Part shown: positions 18,470-26,723 of the stretch, piece after piece
Layout: every line of letters begins with the position of its first letter
Numbering within the stretch: position 1 is the first letter of the stretch
Source: Chloroflexota bacterium
Lineage (GTDB): Bacteria > Chloroflexota > Limnocylindria > Limnocylindrales > CSP1-4
Reading direction: 5' to 3'
Assembly: GCA_003171255.1 (NCBI GenBank)
Contig: PMYK01000054.1
Span: 121,229 to 185,228, forward strand
Length of the DNA: 64,000 nucleotides
Notes under the pieces: model-generated
Database searches by the model: none
Told to the model about the DNA's origin: nothing
Seen by the model: the letters and a program-made list of their open reading frames with translations, nothing else
Made by a program: the position numbers and the translations under genes

Positions 18470-18751
18470 GTCTACGTCCTGTCGGCTGGGGATGGCCGTC
18501 AACCACACGAATGGCCATCGCGACGTCGTCGTTCGGGGTCGCGCCAGGGGCCGTTAATCGACACGACGTGAAACGCCATGGACCGAGGGTGAAGCGAAGG
18601 TCCGCCCATTGGCCATCAAGCGGCGCGCCGAGGCGCGGAACATCCGTCCGGGCAGGTCTCGCGTTAGCCGCAACGCCGGCCATGGAGCGATGAGCCGTCC
18701 GCCGGATTCGTCAAGATAAGGGGAACGGCACGCACCGTATCGGAGGCGAGG

Positions 18752-19312
18752 ATGGGCAAGCTGGTCTACTTGATGAACGTCTCGCTCGACGGCTACGTCG
18801 AGACTCCCGACCGCTCCCTCGATTGGGCGGACGTCGACGAAGAGATCCACCGCTGGTTCAGCGACCGCTCCCGCGAGACGGATGCGTTCCTTTACGGGCG
18901 GCGACTGTATGAGGTCATGGCGGCCTACTGGCCGACTGCGGAGTCCGATCCGTCTGCGACCGACTACATGGTCGACTTCGCCCGGATCTGGAACGCGACG
19001 CCGAAGATCGTCTTCTCGACAAGCCTCGCCCGTGTCGATGGGAACAGCCGGCTCGTGAGCGGCGATGTGGGCGACGTGCTGGCCCAGCTGCGGGCCGAAT
19101 TCCCCGGCGAGTTGAGCGTCGGCGGCCCGACGCTGGCCGCCCAATTCATCCGGCGCGGCCTGATCGACGAATACCGCGTCGTCGTCCACCCGGTCATCCT
19201 CGGGGCGGGCCGCCCGTTCTTCCCCGGGCTCGAGACACCGGTCGGCCTGCGGCTCACCGAGACGCGGCAGTTCGCGTCGGGCGCCATGTATCTGGGCTAC
19301 GTGCCGGCGTAG
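18752..19312 (+). CDS. dihydrofolate reductase-family protein (RibD C-terminal domain type)
   Basis: 'LVYLMNVSLDGY', 'FLYGRRLYEVMAAYWP', 'LSVGGPTLAAQFIRRGLIDEYRVVVHPVILGAG' are present. GGAGG precedes the ATG. Confidence 0.8.
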   Translation: MGKLVYLMNVSLDGYVETPDRSLDWADVDEEIHRWFSDRSRETDAFLYGRRLYEVMAAYWPTAESDPSATDYMVDFARIWNATPKIVFSTSLARVDGNSRLVSGDVGDVLAQLRAEFPGELSVGGPTLAAQFIRRGLIDEYRVVVHPVILGAGRPFFPGLETPVGLRLTETRQFASGAMYLGYVPA

Positions 19313-19340
19313 CTTCGACGCCGGCGCGCCGGCGTCGAAC
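19313..19340. terminator. perfect GC-rich palindrome, possible bidirectional terminator
   Basis: ttcgacgccggcgcgccggcgtcgaa lies between the converging DHFR-family and relE-like genes. Confidence 0.45.
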
Positions 19341-19352
19341 GGCCGACCTGCG

Positions 19353-19445
19353 CGGCCAAGTGGGTCCCCCGGGGGTGCGTGGCGGTGGTCCCTACTCTAG
19401 CGAGCCTGGCCAGGCGGGGACGGGCGGCAGATTCTGGTCGGCTCG
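19353..19445. repeat. direct repeat copy A (~90 nt) flanking the Phd/RelE cassette
   Basis: 'cggccaagtgggtcccccgggggtgcgtggcggtggtccctactc' is near-identical to 20481-20527, with weaker similarity for a further ~35 nt. Confidence 0.6.
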
Positions 19446-19458
19446 CCCAATTCAGGGC

Positions 19459-19821
19459 CTATCCGGCGCCTTTGCTCTTGTCGGTGCGGCTGGGGTGGCC
19501 GAGGGCTACGTCCGTCAACCACACGCGTCGGCGCGCTTCATCCGGGCAATACCAAACGCGGCCGCCCCCGGTGATCTCGAACTGCCACTGTGGCAACGGC
19601 TTGCCGCCGACGACGCGTGTCGCGAACTCGTCACGGAGCTGCTTCCGTCTCTCGGCATAGGCGAGCGGAGCATCCGACAACGCATGCCAGCAGGCACTCG
19701 CGGCGGTCGGGATGTTGGCGCAGAGCTTATCCCAACCGTCGGCTGCCTCAGTGGAGGCGAACCGGAGCTCCCATTTGCCTGCCTCGACCGGAGGCGCCAC
19801 CCGTCCCCCTCGCTTTGGCAT
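19459..19821 (-). CDS. RelE/ParE-superfamily-like toxin
   Basis: This 120-aa ORF lies 4 nt after the antitoxin gene. The C-terminal 'WQFEITGGGRVWYCPDEARRRVWLTDVALGHP' resembles the RelE/ParE core strand pattern. Confidence 0.5.
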   Translation of the reverse strand: MPKRGGRVAPPVEAGKWELRFASTEAADGWDKLCANIPTAASACWHALSDAPLAYAERRKQLRDEFATRVVGGKPLPQWQFEITGGGRVWYCPDEARRRVWLTDVALGHPSRTDKSKGAG

Positions 19822-19824
19822 TGG

Positions 19825-20286
19825 TCAACGCACGTCCGGCCGCTTCACCAGACCTCCATCGCCCGGCAGAGGTCGGCTCAGACGAGCCGCGAGATCCGGG
19901 TCCGCATAGACCTGGGCCGTCGCGTGCCACTCGTCCAGGAGCCGAGCGATTGGCGCAAGCGTCCCGAGCGAGCCCGCCCCGTCGATGCATTCGAATAGCT
20001 CGACGTAGAACCGCTCACGCGCCGCCTGCGGGAGGAAGCTCAACCACGGCAGCGGCGCCTGACGACTAATCCGCTCGCGCACAACCCCATCCTGCAGGAC
20101 CGCCGTGATCAGACGCCCAATGGTTTCCAGGCTGGCCTCCATCGAAGTTGCGCGCGAAGCCACGGTCAGCCGCAGATCGTCGGCGCCTCGGCGGTGCAGG
20201 ATCACGTCGCCCCCAGCCAGGAGTTCGGTGACCGCATTTGGGTTGCGGAGAAAGTCCGTGAAAGTTGCCTCAGCCAGTGCGTCCAT
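19825..20286 (-). CDS. Phd/YefM-family antitoxin with extended C-terminal domain
   Basis: The N-terminus 'ATFTDFLRNPNAVTELLAGGDVILHRRGADDLRLTV' matches the Phd/YefM pattern, and the gene lies upstream of the toxin in the same operon. Confidence 0.6.
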   Translation of the reverse strand: MDALAEATFTDFLRNPNAVTELLAGGDVILHRRGADDLRLTVASRATSMEASLETIGRLITAVLQDGVVRERISRQAPLPWLSFLPQAARERFYVELFECIDGAGSLGTLAPIARLLDEWHATAQVYADPDLAARLSRPLPGDGGLVKRPDVR

Positions 20287-20299
20287 ACCATGACGTTAG

Positions 20300-20319
20300 C
20301 AGATGTACCTCAGATGTCA
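20300..20319. promoter_or_regulatory. tandem direct repeat cAGATGTAcctcAGATGTCa, candidate antitoxin operator
   Basis: The site sits 14-33 nt upstream of the phd-like start codon. Confidence 0.3.
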
Positions 20320-20480
20320 ACTCCACTCAGCGTCCACAGGTCGGGATTCGTCACCTCGGCATTCTGCCTGGCGCCGCTTATCTGCCGCTTACCAGCGCAC
20401 CGACGGCATGGCCCAGATTAGGCCCGCGTGGTTGGTGGGCAAGGCGTGGTTCGCGGTGGCGCGACTGGTGGCGCGGGCCT

Positions 20481-20567
20481 CGGCCAAGTGGGTCCGCCGG
20501 GGGATGCGTGGCGGTGGTCCCCTACTCTCGCGACCAAATGGGCGGGCCGAGCGATTCCGTCGCTTGA
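20481..20567. repeat. direct repeat copy B (~87 nt)
   Basis: It aligns with 19353-19445 and lies in the divergent region between the phd-like and vapB-like genes. Confidence 0.6.
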
Positions 20568-20710
20568 TGCCAGATAAGCGGCAGTGAATGGCCGTCCGGC
20601 AGACTCTGCGGAGTCACTCACCAAGCCCAAAGTGCGGAGTTCCCACCTTGTCAGGGCAGCCTCATCAGTGCGTACTTGACGATGGTCCTACTCGGGGTAG
20701 GATAGTCGCC

Positions 20711-20932
20711 ATGACTACGGTGAAGGTCTCAACGACCCTAGATGCTGCCAATGTGGCTGAGGCGAAAGCGCGCGTCGGCAACCGCGGCTTCTCGCGGTTC
20801 CTCAACGAATCACTGGCCATGCGACTCCAGCGGGCTCGGCTGGAGGAGCTACTCGCGGAGATGGCCGAGGAGTTCGGCCCCATCCCGGATGATGCGCGCC
20901 GGCGGATCGAGGGGCAGGAGTGGCCTCGGTAG
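20711..20932 (+). CDS. vapB: VapB-type (RHH/CopG-like) antitoxin
   Basis: 'MTTVKVSTTLDAANVAEAKARVG' is the typical antitoxin N-terminus. The gene overlaps the downstream PIN gene by 13 nt. Confidence 0.55.
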   Translation: MTTVKVSTTLDAANVAEAKARVGNRGFSRFLNESLAMRLQRARLEELLAEMAEEFGPIPDDARRRIEGQEWPR

Positions 20933-21342
20933 AGCCGCTTCCACGGTTGCGGCGCCTGATCCTGGATGCGGGCGGAATACTGGCACTGGCCCGTGGAAGC
21001 GCAGATGCGCGGACCGCCCTGGACCGCGCAGTCCGCGAGGGGTACGTCGTCCTCATTCCGACGCCTGTTCTTGCCCAGGTTCATCGCGGCGGCCATGATC
21101 GGGCTCACGTCGACCGGGTCGTCAACACGGTTGACGCCATGCTGCCCACATCGGCGCTTGTTGCACGCCGTGCCGGAGAGCTGCAGGCGAAGGCCGGCAC
21201 ATCCGATGCGATCGACGCGATCGTTGCGGCCGAAGCGCTCGAGTCCGTACCGTCGCTGATTCTGACGAGCGATCCCGGTGACCTGGAGCGCCTTCTGGAA
21301 GGAGAACCGGAAGCGGCGCGAGTGGTTGTCATCCGCGTCTGA
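20920..21342 (+). CDS. vapC: PIN-domain ribonuclease toxin VapC
   Basis: 'LILDAGGILAL', 'VLIPTPVLAQVHRGG', 'TSDAIDAIVAAEA' and 'ILTSDPGDLERL' carry the conserved acidic PIN residues. Confidence 0.75.
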   Translation: MASVEPLPRLRRLILDAGGILALARGSADARTALDRAVREGYVVLIPTPVLAQVHRGGHDRAHVDRVVNTVDAMLPTSALVARRAGELQAKAGTSDAIDAIVAAEALESVPSLILTSDPGDLERLLEGEPEAARVVVIRV

Positions 21343-21618
21343 GCGGATCCGCCAGCCACGCGACGGTGAAGCTGCCGCGGGGCTACAAACGAAGCGATCC
21401 CTACCGTCCCGGCGCTGCGGCTCCGGCGGCCCAACGTTGGTCCACCGGGAAGCGCGCAGGCAGGCCGCCTACGGCTTCCTTCCGTCCATTCGGCCGAAGG
21501 CCAAGTCGTGCGTCCGCCTTCCTGCGCGCCGGTCGAGACGGCCAATCCGCGCAGGTGGTTCAGAGTTACGACGACCCCAGCGCGGCGATTAGCCAGTCAT
21601 GGAAGTCGGCCGCTTGAA

Positions 21619-22623
21619 TCAGTACCAGCCGACTCCGTTTCGGTAGTCCAGAGCGGCGCACGGCGATCCATAACGCTCGATCATGTAGTCGACGCCCCAC
21701 TCCGCCTGCACTACCGGGTTATCCCGCCATGCCCGGTACAGCCATGCGGCTTCGGGGTCGCCGGCCGCTTCCGCCGCCTTGGCCTTGGCCTCTGCCCAAT
21801 TGGCCAGCTTGCTGGCCGGCTTGGCCTGGGGCAGACCATAGGCGCCACTGGTCTTGTTGGTGGCGTGCGGATCCCATGTCGCCTCGTACTCGAATATCAG
21901 GCTCGCGCACTGAGACTGAGACATGCCCCAGTGCTTATCCACCTTCACGCCCAATCGACCAACCAGGTAGTTCTTCGCGTCCTGGATGGTTGGAACAGCA
22001 GTCAATTCAACCTGGAGTGGACGTGCCTCGGGCACGGCGGTCGCCGGGAGGTTCGACACAGGCATGATCGCGATTGCTTCGGCGGACGAGGTCGCGCCCG
22101 GCGTCGGTCCGGGTGTGGGGTTCGAGCTCGTCGATGGCTGCTCGGTGATGGATGGAAGACTCTCGATCTGAGGGGAATCGGCTGCCCCGATGACGACCGG
22201 CTGACCGCCGGTTGGCGCACCGCCGGTTGGCGCACCGCCGGCGGAGGCGGATGGATTGACGGCCAGGGCAGACCCGGCAACGACGACCGCGAGGATCGCG
22301 GCCAAAGCGCAGGCCTGTGAGATACCACGCAGGCGGCCGCCGACCAGGGAGCTGCGTGTTTGAAGACATCCGCGACGGCGGTACCAGGCAAGATTGGCGA
22401 ACTCCCCGCCTGGAATCGGGAATTCGATGCCCCACTGATCGAGTGCATAGTGAGGCGCCGGCCAGGCTGTTGCCATGGAAAGGCGCCAGGAAGAGATGGC
22501 CCGGGCGAGGCTCGATGATGTCGGCTGCACGAGTCCATCGAGCTCCTCGGGGAGCAGCGGAAACTGGATACCCCATTGATCCAGGGCATCGACGAACGAC
22601 CGCGGGGCCGCAGTTTGGCGCAT
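21619..22623 (-). CDS. membrane-anchored lysozyme-like / lytic transglycosylase-like protein
   Basis: The C-terminal 'CASLIFEYEATWDPHATNKTSGAYGLPQAKPASKLA...NPVVQAEWGVDYMIERYGSPCAA...GWY' matches the lysozyme-like transglycosylase pattern. It also has one TM segment, a Pro/Thr/Gly linker and an N-terminal duplicated ALDQWGIxFP motif. Confidence 0.7.
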   Translation of the reverse strand: MRQTAAPRSFVDALDQWGIQFPLLPEELDGLVQPTSSSLARAISSWRLSMATAWPAPHYALDQWGIEFPIPGGEFANLAWYRRRGCLQTRSSLVGGRLRGISQACALAAILAVVVAGSALAVNPSASAGGAPTGGAPTGGQPVVIGAADSPQIESLPSITEQPSTSSNPTPGPTPGATSSAEAIAIMPVSNLPATAVPEARPLQVELTAVPTIQDAKNYLVGRLGVKVDKHWGMSQSQCASLIFEYEATWDPHATNKTSGAYGLPQAKPASKLANWAEAKAKAAEAAGDPEAAWLYRAWRDNPVVQAEWGVDYMIERYGSPCAALDYRNGVGWY

Positions 22624-22883
22624 GGAAGGACTGTCGGGGAAACGCAGCCTACTTCACACGGTACGAGCGGAGGATTCCTCAAGCGCCGAATGTACTGCCG
22701 GCACCTGACTGTCCGCGGTTGACAGGGGGGCGACCTGGCCGGAGGGATCCGGCAACGCCGGGGCGGAGGTCAGCCTCGGCGCCATTTCGAGCTTCACACG
22801 ATTGCCAACCCGTTAGGCTCAATGCAGGATCAGCCCTGCCGCTGGAGAAGGGGCGAGGTTCCCCAGCAATTCGAGGATGGACG

Positions 22884-23939
22884 ATGTCAGACCCTGGTCG
22901 CCGTCATTCGTGGCGGCCGCTACCGCCGCGTCGGTGTCTGTTGCTCCTGACGGCGCTCGTCGTGGCGGCTTGCGGCGGGTCGGGCTCGCTCCAGCCGTCT
23001 GTGGGCGCGTCTGTGCGCGAGTCGAGCCTGCCGACAGCGACGGCGGCCTCAGCGACGACAACGGCCAATCCGACGACGACAGCGTATCCGTCCCGTGGCA
23101 GCATCGTCGTCGAGGTGGCCCTCGGCTCGAAGGCGGAGGGCCTGGTCTACGCCTTCGGCTCACTCTGGGTCACCCACCCCGACGCCGGACGGGTCTCGAG
23201 GGTCGATCCCGCAACTCGACAGGTCGTGGCAACGATCCCCGTACCGGGCATGCCGATCCCGATCGCCGCCTCCACGGATGCGGTTTGGGTGGGCAGCTAC
23301 TCGAGCGGCAAGCTATCCCGGATCGACCCCACGACGAACAAGGTCGTCGCGACGGCCGACGTATTGGGCGGTAGTCCAGCGTCGATCAACGTCGTCGGAG
23401 ACGAACTTTGGGTGGCAAGCCATGGCTTCAACGGAGCCCGGATCTTCGGCCTCGAGAGCATGAAGTCCAGCGACAGTGTCGAGATAGGCCCTGCGCCGGG
23501 CTTCGCCGTCGTCGATGGATCGACGATCTGGTATCCGTGCTATGGCAGCACCACGATCGCCCGGGTCGACATCGTCTCGCACAAGATCACGGCGACCGTC
23601 GCAGGCGGTACGAGCCCCGTCTACGCCGTCGCCTTCGCCGGGTCGATCTGGGTCGCGGACCACTCACAGGGACGCGTGACCCGGATCGATTCGAACACGG
23701 GTCGTGGCGTGGCCTCCATCGATGTCCCCGGGTCCATGCTGTATGGGATGGCGCCCCTTGGCGGCGTGTTGTGGGTCGCGAGCACATACCAACGTGCCCT
23801 GTTCGCGATCGACCCCGCCACCAACTCCGTCATCGCGCGCATCGACCTACCAGGGACGCCATACCAGGTCCTCGCCGTGGACGACAAGTTGTGGGTCGCC
23901 CTCGCCGACAAAGGCTCCGTCGCACTCGTCGCCCCCTGA
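22884..23939 (+). CDS. lipoprotein with beta-propeller repeats (YVTN/NHL-like)
   Basis: The signal/lipobox is 'LLLLTALVVAACGG'. Repeated 'G.LWV......G.VSRIDP.TN.VVATI' units are present. The ORF-track start at 22317 would add 189 aa of non-protein-like sequence. Confidence 0.7.
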   Translation: MSDPGRRHSWRPLPPRRCLLLLTALVVAACGGSGSLQPSVGASVRESSLPTATAASATTTANPTTTAYPSRGSIVVEVALGSKAEGLVYAFGSLWVTHPDAGRVSRVDPATRQVVATIPVPGMPIPIAASTDAVWVGSYSSGKLSRIDPTTNKVVATADVLGGSPASINVVGDELWVASHGFNGARIFGLESMKSSDSVEIGPAPGFAVVDGSTIWYPCYGSTTIARVDIVSHKITATVAGGTSPVYAVAFAGSIWVADHSQGRVTRIDSNTGRGVASIDVPGSMLYGMAPLGGVLWVASTYQRALFAIDPATNSVIARIDLPGTPYQVLAVDDKLWVALADKGSVALVAP

Positions 23940-24095
23940 TGTTCCCGCGACCAACTCATCGCCCGCGACCCGGGCCGCCCCGAGACGGTCGACGAACTTC
24001 AGTCTACGTACGCTCAGCACCGCGTACGCGTGGCCGGTTGAGAGTCGACGAGTTGGGGACTCGCCGACTTCGACTAGACCCGGTTCCCCAGACGC

Positions 24096-24353
24096 CTAGT
24101 ACCTCGTGCGGCGCGTCTCTTCCTTCTTCGGCGGGCGGGGTTCGTAGCCTGGTCGCGGCGGGTGCGGAGCGGTCCCGGGGGCCATGTCCGGCTGGGGGGG
24201 CCGCGGCCCACGAGCGCGGGCCGCTTCTACCTCGAGCGCGAAGGCTGCCGCGCGCTCAGGCGGGACGGCGCGCTCCCACTCGGCAGTGATCTGCTTGGCC
24301 CGCACATTTGCTGCCTCTCGCTGCTCGCGTTCGTATCTCGACCTCTTTGTCAT
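24096..24353 (-). CDS. hypothetical charged/Pro-rich protein (85 aa)
   Basis: GAGGA lies 5 nt upstream of the ATG ('MTKRSRYEREQ...'). No family was recognised. Confidence 0.35.
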   Translation of the reverse strand: MTKRSRYEREQREAANVRAKQITAEWERAVPPERAAAFALEVEAARARGPRPPQPDMAPGTAPHPPRPGYEPRPPKKEETRRTRY

Positions 24354-24488
24354 TTGGTCCTCGTATGGGATACCCGGCATCTCCGCCGACTTGGGGAACT
24401 ATCTTGCACTCTTCGCCGACGCCTGTCCCGCAGCTAGTGCTAGGCCGCGTCAATCCCACCGGCCCGCCACTGTTTCGGACGGCTACGG

Positions 24489-24635
24489 CTACGGGCCGGA
24501 CGTGCCGTACGGCGTCGTGTCGAGGATCTCCGGGACGTGGTCGCCATCGGTGTCGGTCCAGGCGAACATCGTATAGGGAATCCAGTCGTCGACGGTGCCC
24601 ACCAGGAACACCAACAGCGCCGATCTCCTGGTCAT
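24489..24635 (-). CDS. hypothetical small membrane protein (48 aa, MTRRSALLVFLVGTVDDWIPYTMFAWTDTDGDHVPEILDTTPYGTSGP)
   Basis: Its ATGA overlaps the stop of the upstream 94-aa ORF, suggesting translational coupling. It has an N-terminal hydrophobic segment and is below the ORF-track cutoff. Confidence 0.3.
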   Translation of the reverse strand: MTRRSALLVFLVGTVDDWIPYTMFAWTDTDGDHVPEILDTTPYGTSGP

Positions 24636-24916
24636 CCCCGGTCCTCCTGGCGCTGCTCCGCGAGAAGACGCTTCGCCAGTTGATGAGCCGCCTCAGCCCG
24701 CTCGACGAGTTCGACCCGCGCCGGCATGTCCCAGGCGGAGTCTGCGTCTCTTGCGGCGATGGAGTCGAGCACGCGATCGGCTTCGCGGAGCGCTGCCAGA
24801 TACGGCGCGATGGCCTCTGTTTCGATGGCGACGATGGTCTGTCCGAGGGCGCGCTTCACGTACGGGCGCATCCCCGAGAGTGCGGCTTGTCCAGCTACGG
24901 TGCGTGGTGTCGTCAT
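24632..24916 (-). CDS. hypothetical helical protein (94 aa)
   Basis: Its start overlaps the stop of the upstream Ddn-like gene (ATGA) and the codon bias is coding-like. No family was recognised. Confidence 0.45.
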   Translation of the reverse strand: MTTPRTVAGQAALSGMRPYVKRALGQTIVAIETEAIAPYLAALREADRVLDSIAARDADSAWDMPARVELVERAEAAHQLAKRLLAEQRQEDRG

Positions 24917-25500
24917 GCTGCCTCCCGCTCTTCAGCAGAGAGCCTAACCCCTGTACGAATCCTGGCGAGAACTATCGCCAGCCCGATCGCGGAGATCGGC
25001 ACCCATAGCCACGCCCGGCCGCCCGGGTCGAAGGCGCCGCCGGTGATGGCGTTGTCCGTCGCGCGGATGCGCAGGACCGGCATCTCGGCCGTCCTGGCCC
25101 GAATGGTGTCGTCGCTGGCGCGGAACGGGTTGAAGCCTTCGGTGAAGCCCATCAAGCCGGCATTCGTGAAGATCTGACGAGTCACCCCCAGGCGCTCGAC
25201 GGCGTCTTCGACCTCCTCGACGTGCCCGGCAATGGTGCGGCCGGCAAGGATCAAGTTGACATCCGGGGACGCCATCGCGTTCCGGTACCAGTTCGCCGTT
25301 CGGCCGTAGCCGGCCAGGCAGTAGACGCTCCCGTCCGCGATCGCATACGTGACCGGGGCGTAGCGCGCGCGACCGGTCTTGCGCCCGACCGTCCGCACGA
25401 CCATGTAGTAGCCGGTGACTGGGTTGCCGAAGAACCGGCCCAGGCCGAGCCGGAACACAGGCACGACAAGGAATCTGTTCAGAAACTTGAGGCGGCGCAC
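24913..25500 (-). CDS. deazaflavin (F420)-dependent nitroreductase-family protein (Ddn/DUF385-like)
   Basis: 'FLNRFLVVPVFRLGLGRFFGNP....VVRTVGRKTGRARYAPVTY....YCLAGYGRTANWYRN' matches the Ddn-family N-terminal pattern. It also has a C-terminal TM segment. Confidence 0.7.
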   Translation of the reverse strand: MRRLKFLNRFLVVPVFRLGLGRFFGNPVTGYYMVVRTVGRKTGRARYAPVTYAIADGSVYCLAGYGRTANWYRNAMASPDVNLILAGRTIAGHVEEVEDAVERLGVTRQIFTNAGLMGFTEGFNPFRASDDTIRARTAEMPVLRIRATDNAITGGAFDPGGRAWLWVPISAIGLAIVLARIRTGVRLSAEEREAA

Positions 25501-25685
25501 GGAGGTCCCTTCTTGCGGGAAATGGTTCAGCGCCCAAGATTATCGGTAGGGCGGTCCGGGCGACTGGTCGTCCCACCAGGAATTCGTCGTTCTTCCTTCG
25601 TGGCGCCCTTGGCCCTATGCTGGTGTCAGTCGACAATTCACCTCTGGGAGCGCGTTTCGAATAGGCTGGTCGGGAGGCCGTCCTG

Positions 25686-26723
25686 GTGGATCAAGGGACT
25701 CTCGTGACCATAGCCGATCTGGCTGCGAGAGTCGGCGCTTCGTCTCGCGACGTCGCACTCGTCCTGGCCGGGGATCCCCGCGTCCCTGTCGAGCTCCACC
25801 GCCTCATCGCCGACGCCATCGAAGCCAGCGGATACCGCCCGCTGCAGGCCGTCCAGGCTCAGCTCGGGAGGCCGCTTCGGCTCGCCATCGTGTTCAAAAC
25901 CTATGGCGGCGACGATCCCGAAGCCAACCGCTTCTACACCCCGATCGCGTCGGCCATTGCCCTCGCCTGCGCGAGGCACGGGACGGAGATCGTTCAGGCG
26001 ATGATGGTCGTCGATGACCACTACGAGCTCGTCGAGATCCCCGAAGTCATGCTGGACGGCCGATCCGACGGAGCGTTCGTCATCGGGGCCCAGCTGAGTG
26101 CCCAGGCTGTCGAGCGGGTTCGCGCCGCCACCTGCCCCATCGTCCTCGTCGACGGGTATTCGGAGGGCGACATCCTGGATTCGGTCGTGACCGACAACGT
26201 CGCGGGTGCCAGGATGGCAGTCGAGCATCTCTTCGACGCCGGCCATCGTGAGATCGCGATACTGGGGACCGAGCCGGTCTGCTATCCGAGCATCCAAGCC
26301 CGCCGTGCCGGGTACGTCGAAGCGCTCGAGGCCAGGAGTCTGCGTACCCACTTCATCGACGCCAGCTACGTTCTGACCGCGACGGTCGCCGCGCTCGGTG
26401 TCGACTACCTCCAGCGGCAGCCGGAGGTCACAGCGCTCTTCGGTGCCAACGACCTAATCACAGTCGCCTTCATGGAGATGGCTCGCGGTGCCGGGCTGAG
26501 GATTCCTGGGGACGTGTCGGTCGTGGGCTTTGACGACATGGACGTAGCCAGCCTGGCGATGCCGGCGCTGACCACGCTCGCGATCGACAAGACTCTCATG
26601 GCCAGGGCAGGGTTCGCCCTGCTGACCCATCGGCTCGAGGCCCTCGCCACCGACCCGTTGACGGCCATCGTCACACCCCGTCTGGTCGAACGCGAGAGCG
26701 TTGTCCCGCCGGGCCGACGCTGA
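25686..26723 (+). CDS. LacI-family transcriptional regulator
   Basis: The N-terminal HTH is 'VTIADLAARVGASSRDVALVL', followed by a periplasmic-binding-fold body ('VSVVGFDDMDVASL'). Confidence 0.85.
   Translation: MDQGTLVTIADLAARVGASSRDVALVLAGDPRVPVELHRLIADAIEASGYRPLQAVQAQLGRPLRLAIVFKTYGGDDPEANRFYTPIASAIALACARHGTEIVQAMMVVDDHYELVEIPEVMLDGRSDGAFVIGAQLSAQAVERVRAATCPIVLVDGYSEGDILDSVVTDNVAGARMAVEHLFDAGHREIAILGTEPVCYPSIQARRAGYVEALEARSLRTHFIDASYVLTATVAALGVDYLQRQPEVTALFGANDLITVAFMEMARGAGLRIPGDVSVVGFDDMDVASLAMPALTTLAIDKTLMARAGFALLTHRLEALATDPLTAIVTPRLVERESVVPPGRR

Noticed and set aside
18470-18751. 280-nt untranslated region upstream of the DHFR-family gene, considered as a possible folate/ZTP-type riboswitch.
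   Set aside because: No ZTP (GGGUCGUGACUGGCG ... CCGCCUGGGC) or THF-like conserved strings are present, and no convincing multi-stem structure is visible by eye.}
19380-19405. The minus-strand reading of the TA-flanking repeat (GCGAGAGTAGGGGACCACCGCCACGC; also 20509-20535) resembles the 3' end of 5S rRNA (…GCGAGAGTAGGGAACTGCCAGGC…).
   Set aside because: Only ~20 nt are similar. I could not find the rest of a 5S molecule (loop C/helix III 'CCGAAC', or a 5' strand complementary to the 3' end) next to either copy, and no 16S/23S genes are nearby. I treat it as coincidence, or at most an ancient fragment. An Infernal 5S model scan would settle it.}
19353-20567. Integron gene-cassette array, with the repeats acting as attC sites.
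   Set aside because: No intI-type integrase or attI is present in the window. The repeats lack a clear imperfect palindrome with RYYYAAC/GTTRRRY cores. Only two copies exist. It is kept as a repeat observation, not called as an integron.}
20373-20582. Perfect 12-nt inverted repeat (gccgcttatctg / cagataagcggc) enclosing repeat copy B, considered as a long-range RNA stem or terminal inverted repeat of a MITE.
   Set aside because: About one such 12-mer inverted pair within 250 nt is expected by chance in 64 kb. The pairing does not extend beyond 12 nt, and copy A has no equivalent. It is mentioned under the repeat finding only.}
22317-22883. Long N-terminal extension of the beta-propeller lipoprotein ORF (540 aa in the track).
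   Set aside because: The extension is Arg/Gly/Pro-rich junk that overlaps the divergent lysozyme-like gene. A proper signal peptide with a lipobox (LVVAAC) begins at ATG 22884.}
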